Shown: positions 34,651-48,100 of the stretch, one piece after another
Position numbering within the stretch: the first letter of the stretch is position 1
How the letters are laid out: each line of letters begins with the position of its first letter
NCBI RefSeq assembly: GCF_030144855.1
Contig: NC_082715.1
Span: 145,886,001 to 145,950,000, forward strand
From: Hypanus sabinus
Lineage: Eukaryota
Reading direction: 5' to 3'
DNA length: 64,000 nucleotides
The notes under the pieces: model-generated
Told to the model about the DNA's origin: nothing
What the model saw: only the letters and a program-made list of their open reading frames with translations
Databases searched by the model: none
Made by a program: the position numbers and the translations under genes

Positions 34651-36095
34651 CTCTTGTTTACCTCCCCAAAAAAAAAACACATTTATAAGACTTTATTTCT
34701 CTCGTGCTAAGCTTGTTGGCTACCCCTAACCAACCACTGCCTTTCCAAATGCAAATAAGTTCTAACTGAGAATCCTTTCCCTCGATCAAAGCCTCGCTCC
34801 TCCCTGCTCCCTTTCTTGTGAAGGCACGACGTGAGCTATCCAACAGTTTGCCGGTACATCAGGTCAGCTGCGGCTAACAGTAGAAAGTGAATTGTTTTCA
34901 GTATTTTGATTCGACGTTTTAAGTATATGGTTTTGTTAAATTTTAATTCCTGCCCACGGACGTGTGTCCAGACGCAAGAAAGTCGAAACGAGTTTTGCAA
35001 ATCGTTGAACTTTAGGCGTAAGTTGTTGGTTAAACCAGGAAGCAGCCATTCTTCCCCCCCCCCCCCCCCCCACACACACACCCCCTCTGCCCACCAGATG
35101 CCACACCTCGAGTAGAAGAGGGCTCTTTTCATGTTTCAGCAGGACGAGAACACTTGGGTCTTACAGCGGATGTCTTATAAGGGTAGGTTGATCGAGCTGG
35201 AGCTTTTCTCTTTGGAGCGAAGGAGGATGAGAGGTGACGATAAAGGTGTACAAGATGTTAAAATAGACAAATCGAGTGGATAACCAGATATTTCTTCCCG
35301 GGGGGAGATGGCTCAGGTGATTGGAGGAAAATGTGGGGCGGAGGGGTGATGACAAATATCGTGTTTACAGAGCGGTGGGTGCGCGGAACGCACTGCTGGG
35401 GTGGTGGTGCATGCAGAATGTATTAGAACCTTTCAGATAAGCACATAGATGACAGAAGCGAGGAAGGCCGTGTAGGGCTAGATTGATCCTGGCGCAGGTT
35501 AAAAGCATCGTGGGCCGAGGGGCCTGTACTCTGCTATAGTGTTCTCTGTCCAGCTGGACTTTCAGCTGAGCCAAGGTTGCGACGTGCATTCAGAGTGGGA
35601 GGTTATCTTCTCCCATAAGCTGGAGGGGAAGCACCTTACAAGGGCTTGTCCAAACTGTCCCGTGAGCCCAGTGGTTAGACTACTCGGCGGCGTGCCCAGA
35701 TCAGGAGCAGTTTCGTCTTGGTCCAACTCTTGTGCTCCGTGCAGTTCGAGAGTCCAGGGCAATCGGTCCTGTGAAGATTCCTTCCCTTTAACTAAATTTA
35801 ATTCCCAGCGGCTTCCAACGGACAGCCTCGCATCAAGCATGTATCCGCAGTAACAGGAAAACATTCTGTGATGCAACAGTCTGCGTTCAGCAAGGGTTCT
35901 AACAGCACGTGGTCATCCAAGTGTGCAGATGTTGACGAGGCCAAAGCAGTGGACGGAAAGGTAACCGGTTGCAACGGACCGGTCAGACTCAGATGGCCTT
36001 TTAATGGCAACATCTTCTGGTCAAATAATTTCGATTGCCAACAGTGTGAGAACGTCTGAGGTCGAATCCCTGTTGCCGCCAGAGCTTGGCTGGGC

Positions 36096-36150
36096 ATGGA
36101 TTCTCCGCCTGATGGAGTAGACAGTTCACAAGAGTGGATTGACGTGTTAG
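36096..36150 (+). CDS. FKBP8-like first confident coding exon
   Basis: ggcATGG Kozak context; [19 protein letters not shown] (FKBP8 EEWLDILG); phase-1 donor. Confidence 0.7.
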
Positions 36151-39100
36151 GTGCGCGCAATGTGCGAGGCAATCATTAACAACCGGTAGAAGTTCGATCA
36201 GAACTAATGTGATTAATTCACCATTGCAGGGAATGGGTTGCTAATAAAGAAGATTCTAAAATGTGGCGACGCGCAGCTCGACAGGCCGGGAATTGGCGAG
36301 GATGTGAAGATCTGGGTGAAGATAATGCAGGAAAATGGAGAGGTCATACTGGGCCGACAGAAGATGTCATTCACTATAAACAGCAGGGATGTCATTAAGG
36401 TGGGTGAGCAGATGCGCTGCTGACACACAGCAAATCGCCACTTGACCTAAGCAACTGCAGATACCGTAGACCATAAGACAAGCAGAATTGGGCGATTTGG
36501 CGGTCGGATCTGCACCACCGTTCGATCATGGCTGATTTGTTTACCCTTTCAACGCCACCCCGTTGGAAATCACAGTGGCGAGTGTGTTGATCTCCCTCTC
36601 CATCTCTGCCTGCGGTGCACTTTCCCGGTATTTGCAACACTAAATTTTGCACTGTTTTCCCTTGTGCACTTATGTAGGACATGATCAGTCTGGATGAACC
36701 AACACCAATACCACACACAAGCAAACAGTGGGTCAGGCATCTGAGCAAAAGCTCAATAGAGTACATATATGCAGGTTGCAACGTAAGCATTTAAAGCTAA
36801 AATTCCAATCTGTAATTTCAACCAATGTGGAATTAACAAGCCAACAAATATATAGACCTCACAACTATTATTCATCCCTGTGATCACAGCTGGAATGTGC
36901 AGCACAGTACAAATTGTGCTCTCTTCAACTCATACCCATCTGTTTTCAATTCAGTGACAAATCTCATGGACATTTCTACTGTCATGGTATGGTATCCCCT
37001 CTGTGCAATCATACGCAGAGCTATAATTTATTTAAATGTAGATGCATGTCTGTAATTCCCATGTCCATAAATTAAACGTGCTCCTTATCAAATTGTGAAG
37101 GATTTCCATTTGTGAAAAAATTGAACTGCAAATACTTCAACCCACAATTGTCTGCAAAATATGTTTGGAGTTCTCCTCTGCAAAAATATGCACCAAATTA
37201 GACAGAATTGCATTGTATTTTCTATATAAACAATTCACTGGTGTGAACAGTGAATAGATTGTGTATGTTTTCAATTACTCTCATTGAATTTGTGCAGCAA
37301 ATTTGTGAGGATAATTCAACAATTCGATAAAGGCATAAACTCCCATCAAGGTCTTAAATTAGGATCTAAATGATTACTGTTTATTATAATTAGTTTGCTG
37401 TTTTGGCATGGTTAGAGGCATGGCTAATATTGGAACTATACTATAGCTGAGATTTTACTTGTCCCATAACCTTTGTTGCATCCAGCTTCTTTATTATCAC
37501 ATGGACTATACGATTTCTCTGACACAGTAACTTTCAGAATCTTCTTTGCTGTCTAAGGCCCTGGAGATCTGCGTGCCCCTGATGTGCATACACGAAACAG
37601 CTCTGATTCTCACTGACTCCACCTTCTGTTCTGGAAGAGCCTCCAGGTAATGTTTCCTTTACCAATTAATCAAGTGCAGCTTTTACAGAACTACCAGCAA
37701 CTGGGAATCAATATGAAGTTATAGGTTCAGAAGGAGTCACCAAATTAGATATCAATGTGGCCTGAAATCTGGGATTGATTTCGATGTAATTATGACCACA
37801 GTTTGTTTGAATATTAGTAGATCTCCTGTAGATCACTGTTGAGATTTTGAAGCTCTAACCCAGAGATTTCCTCTCTGGAAATCTGCAATTAAACACAAAA
37901 TGATGGAGATACACATCACTTTAGGCTGCATTTTCTGGGGGGGGGGGGGGTTTAAGGATGGTGCACATCTGTAATCCCAGAATTAGAGGACATTTTTAAC
38001 TCTTTGTAAGATACAGGTTTCAGATTGTTCTGGTTTTTGATTTAGAAAGCCCTGTCTGGTGAGGTTGACTGGAAGAGGCACAGGATCTATTTCATGTCTT
38101 AGCCAAAGAAGATATTCAATTTGATCCTAAGCGTACATGTGCTGTTGCTTACTTGTGTTCGTTCAAAGCACATTTTACCTAGTTTTAGGTGCTTTGTCCA
38201 ACTTAGGCCTTCCTACTTTCTCTTATTCCTCTGAAGTGTCCTCTTGATGCAAAATCTTAGTCTTAATGTTGTTCGGTAGAAGAATTTGCCATGATTAAAT
38301 GGGGCAGTGGGTTTAGTAGGCGGGCTGTTGCTTGGGTGTATTCTCCTCCTATTTTGTTTGCTGTCGATAATAACAAAAGGAGAGTTGATGATGGTGAATA
38401 ATGTGATAGGTTACAGGAACACAATAAATTTCACATCACTTAAGTCAGTGTAATAAATCTGATTCTAACAATGAAAGGGGACAGGACTAATGGGAGCTGC
38501 ATGAACTCGATGTGCTGAATGTCCCTTTTGTATTGTTAAAAGTATATGATAGAGTCATAGAGTTCACTCCAGAAAACATATGTACACATTTGTAAACATT
38601 TGAAAGGATAAGATCTAAGCAAAAACCAAGCTTGCTGAACCTCAGGAAGGTGGAAGGCAAGAGGACAGGTGACATCTGTGGAGAGAGAAGCAGAGTTAAT
38701 GTTTCAGGTCAATGACCATTCATTAGTGTTCTGAAAGGTTAAAAAGAAAACTAATTTTAAGAAGTGGTGAATGGGGAGGAGGGAACAGAAATAGAGAACA
38801 GTGATTGGATGGAGAGGGGCTCATGGTGTGATTAAGTGGCTAAAGGATAATGATAGTGGAAGGTGAAAAAGAATGGAGTATGAATTAATGATGTGGGTTA
38901 AAGACAAGAAGTAGAACTATTTTCTAAAATTACCTGAAGGAAAGGACTGTGACTGTTGGAATATGAAATGCAAATAGCATGAATGCTAATTATCTGGAAG
39001 TATTGAGTGCTGAAGGCAGTGATATGCTCAATTTGTTTATGCTGATCTTTGTTGAAACCACATAAGAGGCCAAAGGCAGGGATCAGAATGAGATGAAGAA

Positions 39101-42100
39101 TTTGTTACAAATAGCATTTGGGTAATAGTACAAAAGTTCACCACACAAAAAATGTCATAGGTGAAAAAGAAATTGCTTAGAATTTTGATTAAGTGAATTA
39201 CTGGACTTATCTAATCAACCTGGACATAATATTTGTAATTCTAATACCTCTAGATTGCTTTTGGCTTCCTCTGGTGGTTTTATTCTCTTCACATCTGCTC
39301 TTTCTTCCTATTATTTCTGGCTGAGTATGGTGGAAATGTGGTTATGCTAATAAATTGATAATTAAGACAGCATATGTTCCCATTTCACTATAGCACTCCA
39401 TGAATTAAAGCTGACAAAATATCAAACTGAAATGTTCCCTCAATTAAAGCAAAATTATTAGACTTATGAAAAAATCCAAAAAGTTCACAATAGTTAATAG
39501 TGGATGAGATTTGCTGTATTTACATGGTCTGATCTATGCATGGTTTTCCCTCCTGCCTTTATCAAACTGTTGCCAGTGAGTCAAAAAGGCAGCTCACCGC
39601 CATATTCTCCATGTACTTCTTCTTCATGTGCCTTGTGCCTTACACGCTTGGGCAGTCATGGCTCTCCACATCGAACAATCCCTCGCAGCGTCAATGATAC
39701 CTCACACACTTAGATCTGTTAGTTCTTTCACAGTGTCCAGATATTTTCTTCTTTGCCTTCCTCTTCTGCATTTCGCAGGCATACGGCCTTGTAAGGCATT
39801 CTATTTCTCCCTTTCTGATGACATGTCCCAGGAATTTAAGTTTCCTCTCATTTAATGTTCTCATTAAAGATCTTTTTGTATGGGCACATTGGAGTACTGT
39901 CTCATTAGTTACCCTACCTCTATATGATATTTTCAGCATTCTTCTAAGAAACCATATTTCTGTTGCTTCTCAGTTTCTTTGGAGTTCCGGTGTTATAGTC
40001 CATGTTTCAGAAGCATACAAGATTGACCAGATGTAACATTTTAATAGCCTAAGCCTTGTTGTCATAGAAATGTGTCTGTTGATAAAAGTGGGTTTCATTT
40101 TTTGTAAGTTGGTTTTGGCAGTGGCAATTCTTCTTTTTATTTCTAAATTACTTCTAGCATCTTGTGATATAAAGCTACCAAGGTAATTAAAGCTGGTCTT
40201 TTGTTCAGTTTCTTGGTTACCGATGTACAACTGGCAGTTGGGAGCATCCTGCTGTTTTGATTTTACTCCATGTGCTAACGATAAGAAAAATAATGACCTT
40301 ACTAGTGATGCTCAAATTCTTAGACTTTTTTTAAATATAAAGAACTGTTTGCATCCATTAAGGAAATAGATCTGGAAGTATGTTTCAAAGGTGTACTATT
40401 TAAACAATTTATCTATTTTCCTGGTTGTGCCAACTTTTTGCTGTTAATAGTTGGAAGCAAAAATCAATTTTACAGTTTTTATGCTTCTCTGTTGACTTTT
40501 CAGGGATGTTATAATTCACGCCTCAAAAAGAGTAACTGTATGTACTTTGTGAAAACATTTCCCTTCCTGTTTGCAGACTCCAGCTGATAACTCCAAACTG
40601 GAGAGTATTCATAATGTCCTCACTAAATTTTATTGACCTGAGGCAGATGTGTTTGTCTTTAAAGATGAATTCTCTGTGTACTGATTACTTTGTATCTGTT
40701 TTGCTTTTAGAAGTCAAACACTGAAGAATTTAGAAAGGCTATTAAATTGCACTCCATGCAATTGGCACCCATTGGGAAGTCTGTATTCTGCTGCTTTCAA
40801 AGAATGCTTATCCATGAATTTGCTGCGTGCCACAGTACATAGGATCTAGAAACATTCACCACAAAAAACATAAGAGATTCTGCAGATGCTGGAAATCCAG
40901 AGCAACACACAGAAAATGCTGGAGGGATTCAACAGGTCAGGCAGCATCAATGGAGAGGAATAAACAGATGATATTTTGGGCCAAGATCTGATCAAGGTTT
41001 TTGGCCTGAAATGTTGACTGTTTATTCCTCTCCATAGATGTTGCTTGACCTACTGAATTCCTTCAGCGTCTTCTGTATGTTATATTCAATGTTCCCTCTT
41101 TTTTTGTATTCTGCATGGGGCAACCATTGCTGTGAGCAGGAAATTTTTAAATGGCTTGAAAACCATGCGACGCTTTAAATGTTAAGAAAATTCCAGCTGT
41201 GCAGCAAAATTCCAGCTATGTGCATGGGAGGATTCCAGTTATTGCACGGCCATGCACCTGTTCCACTGAGAGGGAACAGTGGCTATATTCACTACACAAC
41301 TCTCTTGTGATCCTGACCCTTTATGAGTGCTTGCTGGTGATATCGACCTATTTATGGGCACCATATCCATGGATAAAGCAAGATTTGGTTAGATGAACCA
41401 GTTAGTTATGTCCCTCTACAGGGATAAAGGGTGGCACAGTAGCTAGCAGAGCTACTGCTGAGCAACACCAGAGAACTGGATTCAGTCCTGATTTTGGAAG
41501 TTGTCGAAGTTCTCCCTGTGACAGAACAGTGAGCTCTGTCCCACATCCCAAAGACGTGCAGGTTGGTAAGTTAGTTGCTCCTAGTGTGTAGGTGAGTAAT
41601 AGACTCTATGGGGAGAATAAATATGGGATATGTATAGGATCAGTCAGAGTCAGTGGCTAATGATTGGCACTGGCTCTGCGGTCCAATGGGTCTGCATGAC
41701 TCACTCAATGACCATGACAATTTCCAATCATTTGTTTAATGGTTCAGCAGTGAAGCGTCAGAAGTGAAACCAGGGAGCAGAGTCCTCCTCGAGGTCGAAC
41801 TCTTGTCAGTCAGTAGAACTTGTCTGGAGGTTACACCGAAAGCGGAGCAGTTACAAATGATTGGGGAGAAGCGGCAGGAAGGCAACCAGTACTTCCAAAG
41901 GAAGAACTATAAGATGGCAATCCTCTGCTACACCAGTGCTTTGGCAATCATAGATACAAACACCAAAGGTATTGAATAATTTTCCTGGAACAATGATACT
42001 TTTGATTGGAAATATTCATTATCTTCAATGTTTATAAGGAAATATTTCAGCTGTTAATGTTAAGTGAAATAGTATTGCCATCCTGAGCCTGGGAATTTAT

Positions 42101-45100
42101 ACAAACTAAGCATCACCTTCATTAGAAGACACAGAAGTAGAAGCAAGAATAGACAAAGCCTGTCACGGCAGCTCTATTATTCTATAAAGTCATAGCGAAT
42201 CCTGGTCTTTGAGTCTACATTTTCTCCTTATCATCTCACATCTTGATTCCTTTCTTTATCGATCCTGATACTGAACACACCCAGCGACTGAGCGTTCACG
42301 GCTCACTTGGACAGAGAGTTACATGGAGTCACCACGCTCTAAATGAAGTGCATCAGAACACAAGAAAACAGCAGGAGGAGGTGGCCAATCTTTCAAGTTG
42401 TATGCCATTCATTATGATCAGGGCTGTCTGTCCCCACCTCATCTCCTCTTCTGTGCTCGTTCCCACAGAATTCAATTCCCTGATATTTCAAAAACTTACC
42501 TATTTCCACTTTAAATGCTCCAATGAAGGAGCCTCCATAGCCAGGGATTCACTATTTCTATAAGAAGTAGTTCCTATGCACCTCAGTTTTAAATGACCAT
42601 CCTGTTATTTTATATATGTCCCCTCGTTCTATATTCCACCACTAGTGTAATAATTTCAGACCTGCCCTTTCATACCCTACCCTTCCAGGACCTTGACATT
42701 TCAACCAAACAAAATAATGTATGCAAAGCCGATTTCTTTTGTCACTTGTAATAGGGCAGCCCTCTCATCTCAAGAAATATTTCAGTCCTTAAAGGATGAC
42801 TGTGCATCCTGTGTCAATGCGCCTTAGCTCCAGGTGCTACAGCTTCTCAGTGTCATGTGATTAGGCTCAAAGGGCCAGAAGGTCCCATTCTACATTATAT
42901 CTCAATAAAGGAAGAAAGAACTTATTTTCCATCATATAAATCTCCCCTTCTTCCAATTTTCTGGTAAATGCCTGCAAAATATGACTCTCAAGGTAGTTAA
43001 TGGTGTTATATGGTGAGAATAAAGTTATATTGACTTTGACATTTTTATATATCCACCTTGCAGTTTTGGTCTGATGGCTGTAATGTCAGATGTTTTGTGG
43101 TGCAGGTCACCGAACAGAAACATGTAGACTGAAGCAGTCTCCACTGTCCAAGGTGCTGATCTACTGATGTAAGAAATCCCAGTGCTTTCTATATGATGTC
43201 AAATCTGTTTTATATGTTTTTTCTTTTTATCTCACAATAACACCTCACTATTTGTGGGATCCTGCAGTGTACAAAATCGACTGGCACAAATTTCTATACT
43301 GCAATAATGACAGCAATAAGTGGCAATACCATGTTTATAATGAGATTGCGAATACATTTCAACAGTAATCACTAACGCACAGCCCTACCTAGAGCCTCTG
43401 CCCGTACAAGTGCACAAATTTCTTGAGGTGGTTGAGGGACAAGTGGATACTGATTAAAATGCCATGGTAGTGTCACATTCAACATAACACTACTACAGCT
43501 TGGGGTGTTGTAGTTTGGAGTTCAATTCTGGCGTTCTGTCTAAGAAAGTTGGCATGTTCTTCCTGTGTGCGCACGGGTTTCCTCCAGGTGCTCCAGTTTT
43601 CTCTGCCATGCCAAAGGCATACCAATCAGCAGGGTAATTGGCTGGATTTCTAACTAAAATAAATAAATAATCCTCAGTCCCTTATTTTTGTCTGTAACAC
43701 TGGCAATGCCACCCCTCTGTTGCTGTCAGGTTAATGTTTGTCTGTGTCACCTTCTAAATCAATTGCTCCACTGCACTCCCTCCTGAACTCACATCCTCTG
43801 CCTCAGCAAATTCTAACTTCTTCAAAGCCTAGTGAGTCACTTCTTTCCTGCCCAATTGGGCATCTCTCACCATTCTCCCTGGTCTCTCTTGGCTATCAAA
43901 TGAAGCTCCAAAGTTTTTATCCCTCCCCCTCATCTCTATAGTCACCTCCATCCATATCTCCTGGTTGTGCCAGTGTCTTCCCAGCCTCTTTCCATTCTTC
44001 AGCTTCAGAATCGGAATCAGGTTTATTATCACTGAAATACGGTGTGTCATGAAATATGTCGTTTAGCTGCAGCAGGACAGCGTAACGCATAAAATATACT
44101 ACAAATTACAATGAGATATATAAGCAACACAAACAGAGCATAAATAGGGAGGGAGTGTTCATAGGTTCATTGTCCATTCAGAAATCTGATGGAGTGGAAG
44201 AAGTTGTTCCTAAAATATTAAGTGTGTGTCTTTAGACTCCTGTATTCCTCTCTGATGGCAGTAAGGAGAAGAGGCCATACACTGGGTGGTGGAGGTCCTT
44301 CATGGTGAATGCCTCCTTTTTGAGGCATCACCTTTTGAAGATGCCCTCGATGCTGTGGAGGCAAGTGCCCGTGATGGAGCTGGCTGAGTTTACAACCCTC
44401 TGCAGCTTTTTCCGATCCTGTGCAGTGGCCCTTCCATACCAGAGGTGATGTGACCTGTTAGAATGCTCTCTGCAGTAAAATATCTATGCACATTTGCTAG
44501 TATCTTTGGTGACATACCTAATTACCTCAAACTCCTCATGAAATATAGCTGTTGGCATGTCTTCTTTGTACTTGCATCAAAACATTGGGCCTAGGATAGA
44601 TCTTTAGAGAACTTTAAGCTGCTCACCCTTTCCACCACTGACTCCTTACATAAAGACTGGTGTGTGATCCCTTGAATTCCACCTCTTGAAGTCCACAATC
44701 AATTCAACGTTGAGTGCAAGTTATGGCATAAACTTCTGTTTTCTCTGTGTTACTGCTTTGAACCTCATTGACTTGGGTGCCTCCCACTCTTCAACCCAAT
44801 TTGGTTATAACCTTCCTATTCTCCTTCTTCTTCTACTGGTATTAGTTTTCATGATGCCTGTCAGCACAGCTTCATGTTAAATGTGCTTCATAACTGTAAG
44901 CCTTTGTTCTAATTGGTTCCCAGTCCATCAAATCCTCTGAAAGTGACACAATGAGTCACAAGAAATCTTAGTGAATTTAACTTGCTTGTTTCATTTTAAA
45001 AGAGGACAGTTGCCTCTTCTGATCTATGCTAGTGCCCATCAGAGCAATCCTGTCAGCCCCACTCCCTCTCTCAATTATTTGTTTCCCCTTACATGCCCTT

Positions 45101-48100
45101 GAAATCACATTTTATTCTTTGCTGCTCACTTACTTGATGGTAATGTTAACCTGCCAATTCATATTTGGGTTGTGGGGCAAAACCAGAGCACCCAGAAGAA
45201 TCCACACAGTCACATGAAAAGTATGCAAACTCTGAGGTCAACATCGAGCACAGAGCATTGAAGCTGTGCAACTTGCAGCAACTGCCTGGACCTTTGTAAC
45301 TATTTTTCATTACCCGTTGAAACTGGCTGGCATTGTGGAGATTGGGTTAATGTCATGTGGTTGATTTCAGGGCAGTCTGACAGCTGCATACTGCTGTGCT
45401 GGATAAGACATTTAATGCTACCTTGGTGTTCCAGATATCCTCAACCATGAAGACAAGAAAAGTCTTCTTGATGAAAAGGTGAAATGCTACAGTAATCTTG
45501 CAGCCTGCCACCTGAACACAGGACAGCTGGAGGAGGCTTTTACCTGCTGTGATATCGTCTTGCAGCACCAGCCTCAGCATTGCAAAGCCTTGTTCAGGAA
45601 GGGCAAGGTATGCAAGGACATAATGTGAAATTGCCAGGCAGCTAGTTTTTCTTGAGCCAAATTACAACCACAGACAAGTGTCAGAGGAGCAGTCATGTAT
45701 TTGTTTTGTTATTCCTTTGATGGAGTTGGGGGGGAGGGGGGGTGGAGGGTGGAGTAGGAGAGGGATTTATCTACATAGTACTGTATATGGGGGTCTTCTA
45801 TAAGCAACTTTAAGGCCCTTGGAAAACCATTGGAAATGGGTCAAGCAGCTTCTGCACATTATGTCCAGGAAATACATTGATCTCCCAAAAATTTGAGTCA
45901 CAGTGACCTGGTATGCTGTAGTCCTAGGCTAGGGACTCAGTAAAGTCCAGGCATGGGATGCTGGCAATAATTTCTCATGCATTTCGGGGTGTTCATTTGA
46001 AAGGGTTTCAATGTTCAATAACTTCTGATCCCACCTCTATTAATGAGCATTTTCTTTGTAGATGTTGTTTTGCATCTACAGACAGTGGTGGATACAGCCC
46101 ACTCCATTACTGGCAAAGCCCGCCCGCCTTTACATGCATTTACAAGGAGGGCTGCCACAAGAAAGCAGCATCCATTATCAAGGATCCACACCACCCAGGC
46201 CACACCGTTCTTGCTTCTGCCATGGGGTAGAGGTACGGAGCATTAAGTCCTGTATCTCCAGGTGCTGGGACATTCATCATCCTACAACCATCAAGCTTCT
46301 GAACCAGTGTGGATAAATTCACTGACCTCAACTCTAAACTGATTCCATAACCTACACACTCAGTTTCAGGGACCCTGCCACTCATGTTTTATAAAAAGTA
46401 TTCATCCTTTCCCAGTGGAAGTTTTCATGTTTTACAACATTAAATCACAGTGGATTTAATTTGGCTTTATTGACACTGATCAACAGAAAAAGACTCTTTT
46501 GTATCAAAGTGAAAACAGATCTCTACAAAGTGATCTAAATTAATTACAAATATAAAACACAAAATAATTGATTGCGTAAATATTCACCCCCTTCAAATCA
46601 GTATTTAGTAATCAGCAATTACAGCTTTGAGTCTGTGTGGGTAGGTCTCTGTCAGCTTTGTACATCTGGACACTGCAATTTTTGCTGTTCTTCTTTACAA
46701 AATTGCTCAAGCTCTGTCAGACTGTGTGGGGATTGTGATTGAACAGCCCTTTTCAAATCCAGCCACAAATTCTCTAATTGGATTGAGGTCTGGACTCTGA
46801 CTTGGCCACTCCAGGATATTAACTCTGTTGTTTTTAAGCCATTCCTATGTAGCTTTGACTTTAGACTTGGGGTCATTGTCTTGCAGGAAAACAAATCTTT
46901 TCCCAAATCACAATTCTCTTGCAGACTGCATGAGGTTTTCCTCCAGGATTTCCCTGTATTTTGCTGCATTCATTTTACCCTCTACCTTCACAAGCCTTCC
47001 AGGGCCTGCTGCAGTGAAGCATCCCCACAGCATGATGCAGCCACCACCTTGCTTCACGGCAGGGATGGTGTGTTTGTGATGATGTGCGGTTTGGCTTACG
47101 CCAAGCATAACGTTCAGTCTGATGGCCTAAAAGATCAATTTTGGTTTCATCAAACCATAGAATCTTCTTCCAGCTGACTTCAAAGTATCCCACATGCCTT
47201 TTGGCAAACTCTAGCTGAGATTTTATGTGTTTTTTTCAACAGTGGCTTTCTCTTTGCCACTCTCCCATAAAGCCATGACTAGTGAAGCACCCGGGCAACA
47301 ATAGTTGTATGTGTAGTCTCTCCCATCTCAGCCACTGAAGCTTGTAACTCCTCCAGCGCTGTCACAGGTCTCTTGGTGACCTCCCTCACTGGACCCTTCT
47401 TGCACAATCACTCAGTTTTAGAGGGCAGCCTGCTCGAGGCAGATTTACAGCTGTGCCATATTTCCATTTCTTGATGATTCACTCAACTGTACTCCAAAGG
47501 ATATTCAGTGACTTGGAAATGTTCTTGTATCCATCTTCTGACATACTTTTCAATAACCTTTCGTGAAGTTGCTCAGAGTGTTTTGTTTGTGTCCATGGTG
47601 GAGTTTTTGCCAGGATACTGACTCACCAGCAGCTGGAGCTTCCAGACACAGGTGTATTTTTACTCCAATCAGCCCTGACTGCACACAGGTGATCTCCATT
47701 TAACTAATCATGTCACTCGTGAAAGCAATTGGCTGCACCAGTGATGATCTGGTGTGTCATATTAAAGGGGGTGAATACTTAAGTAATCAATTATTTTGTG
47801 TTGTAATTTTGTAATTTAGATCACTGTGTAGAGATCTGTTTTCACTTTGATACAAAAGAGTCTTTTTCTGTTGATCAAAAAAATCAAATTAAATCCATTG
47901 TGGTTCAATGTTGTAAAACAATAAAACATGAACACTTCCCAGGGGGTAAATTTGTATTATTGGCACTGAATGTAACATACAGACATACAGGTATACACGA
48001 TTTGTTTTCCTTTGCACATTTGTTGTTTGTCAGTCTTTATTTACATACATATAGTTCTTCATAAATTACATTATATTTCTTTGTTTCTGCAAGAAAAAGA

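Noticed and set aside
35590-35610. SEWEVI, an LC3-interacting-region-like motif upstream of the FKBP8-like gene
   Set aside because: Different frame, separated by stops, with no supported splice path to the FKBP ORF; a 4-residue motif can arise by chance
36057-36059. In-frame TGA as possible selenocysteine
   Set aside because: No SECIS recognised, FKBP proteins are not known selenoproteins, and a strong Kozak ATG follows
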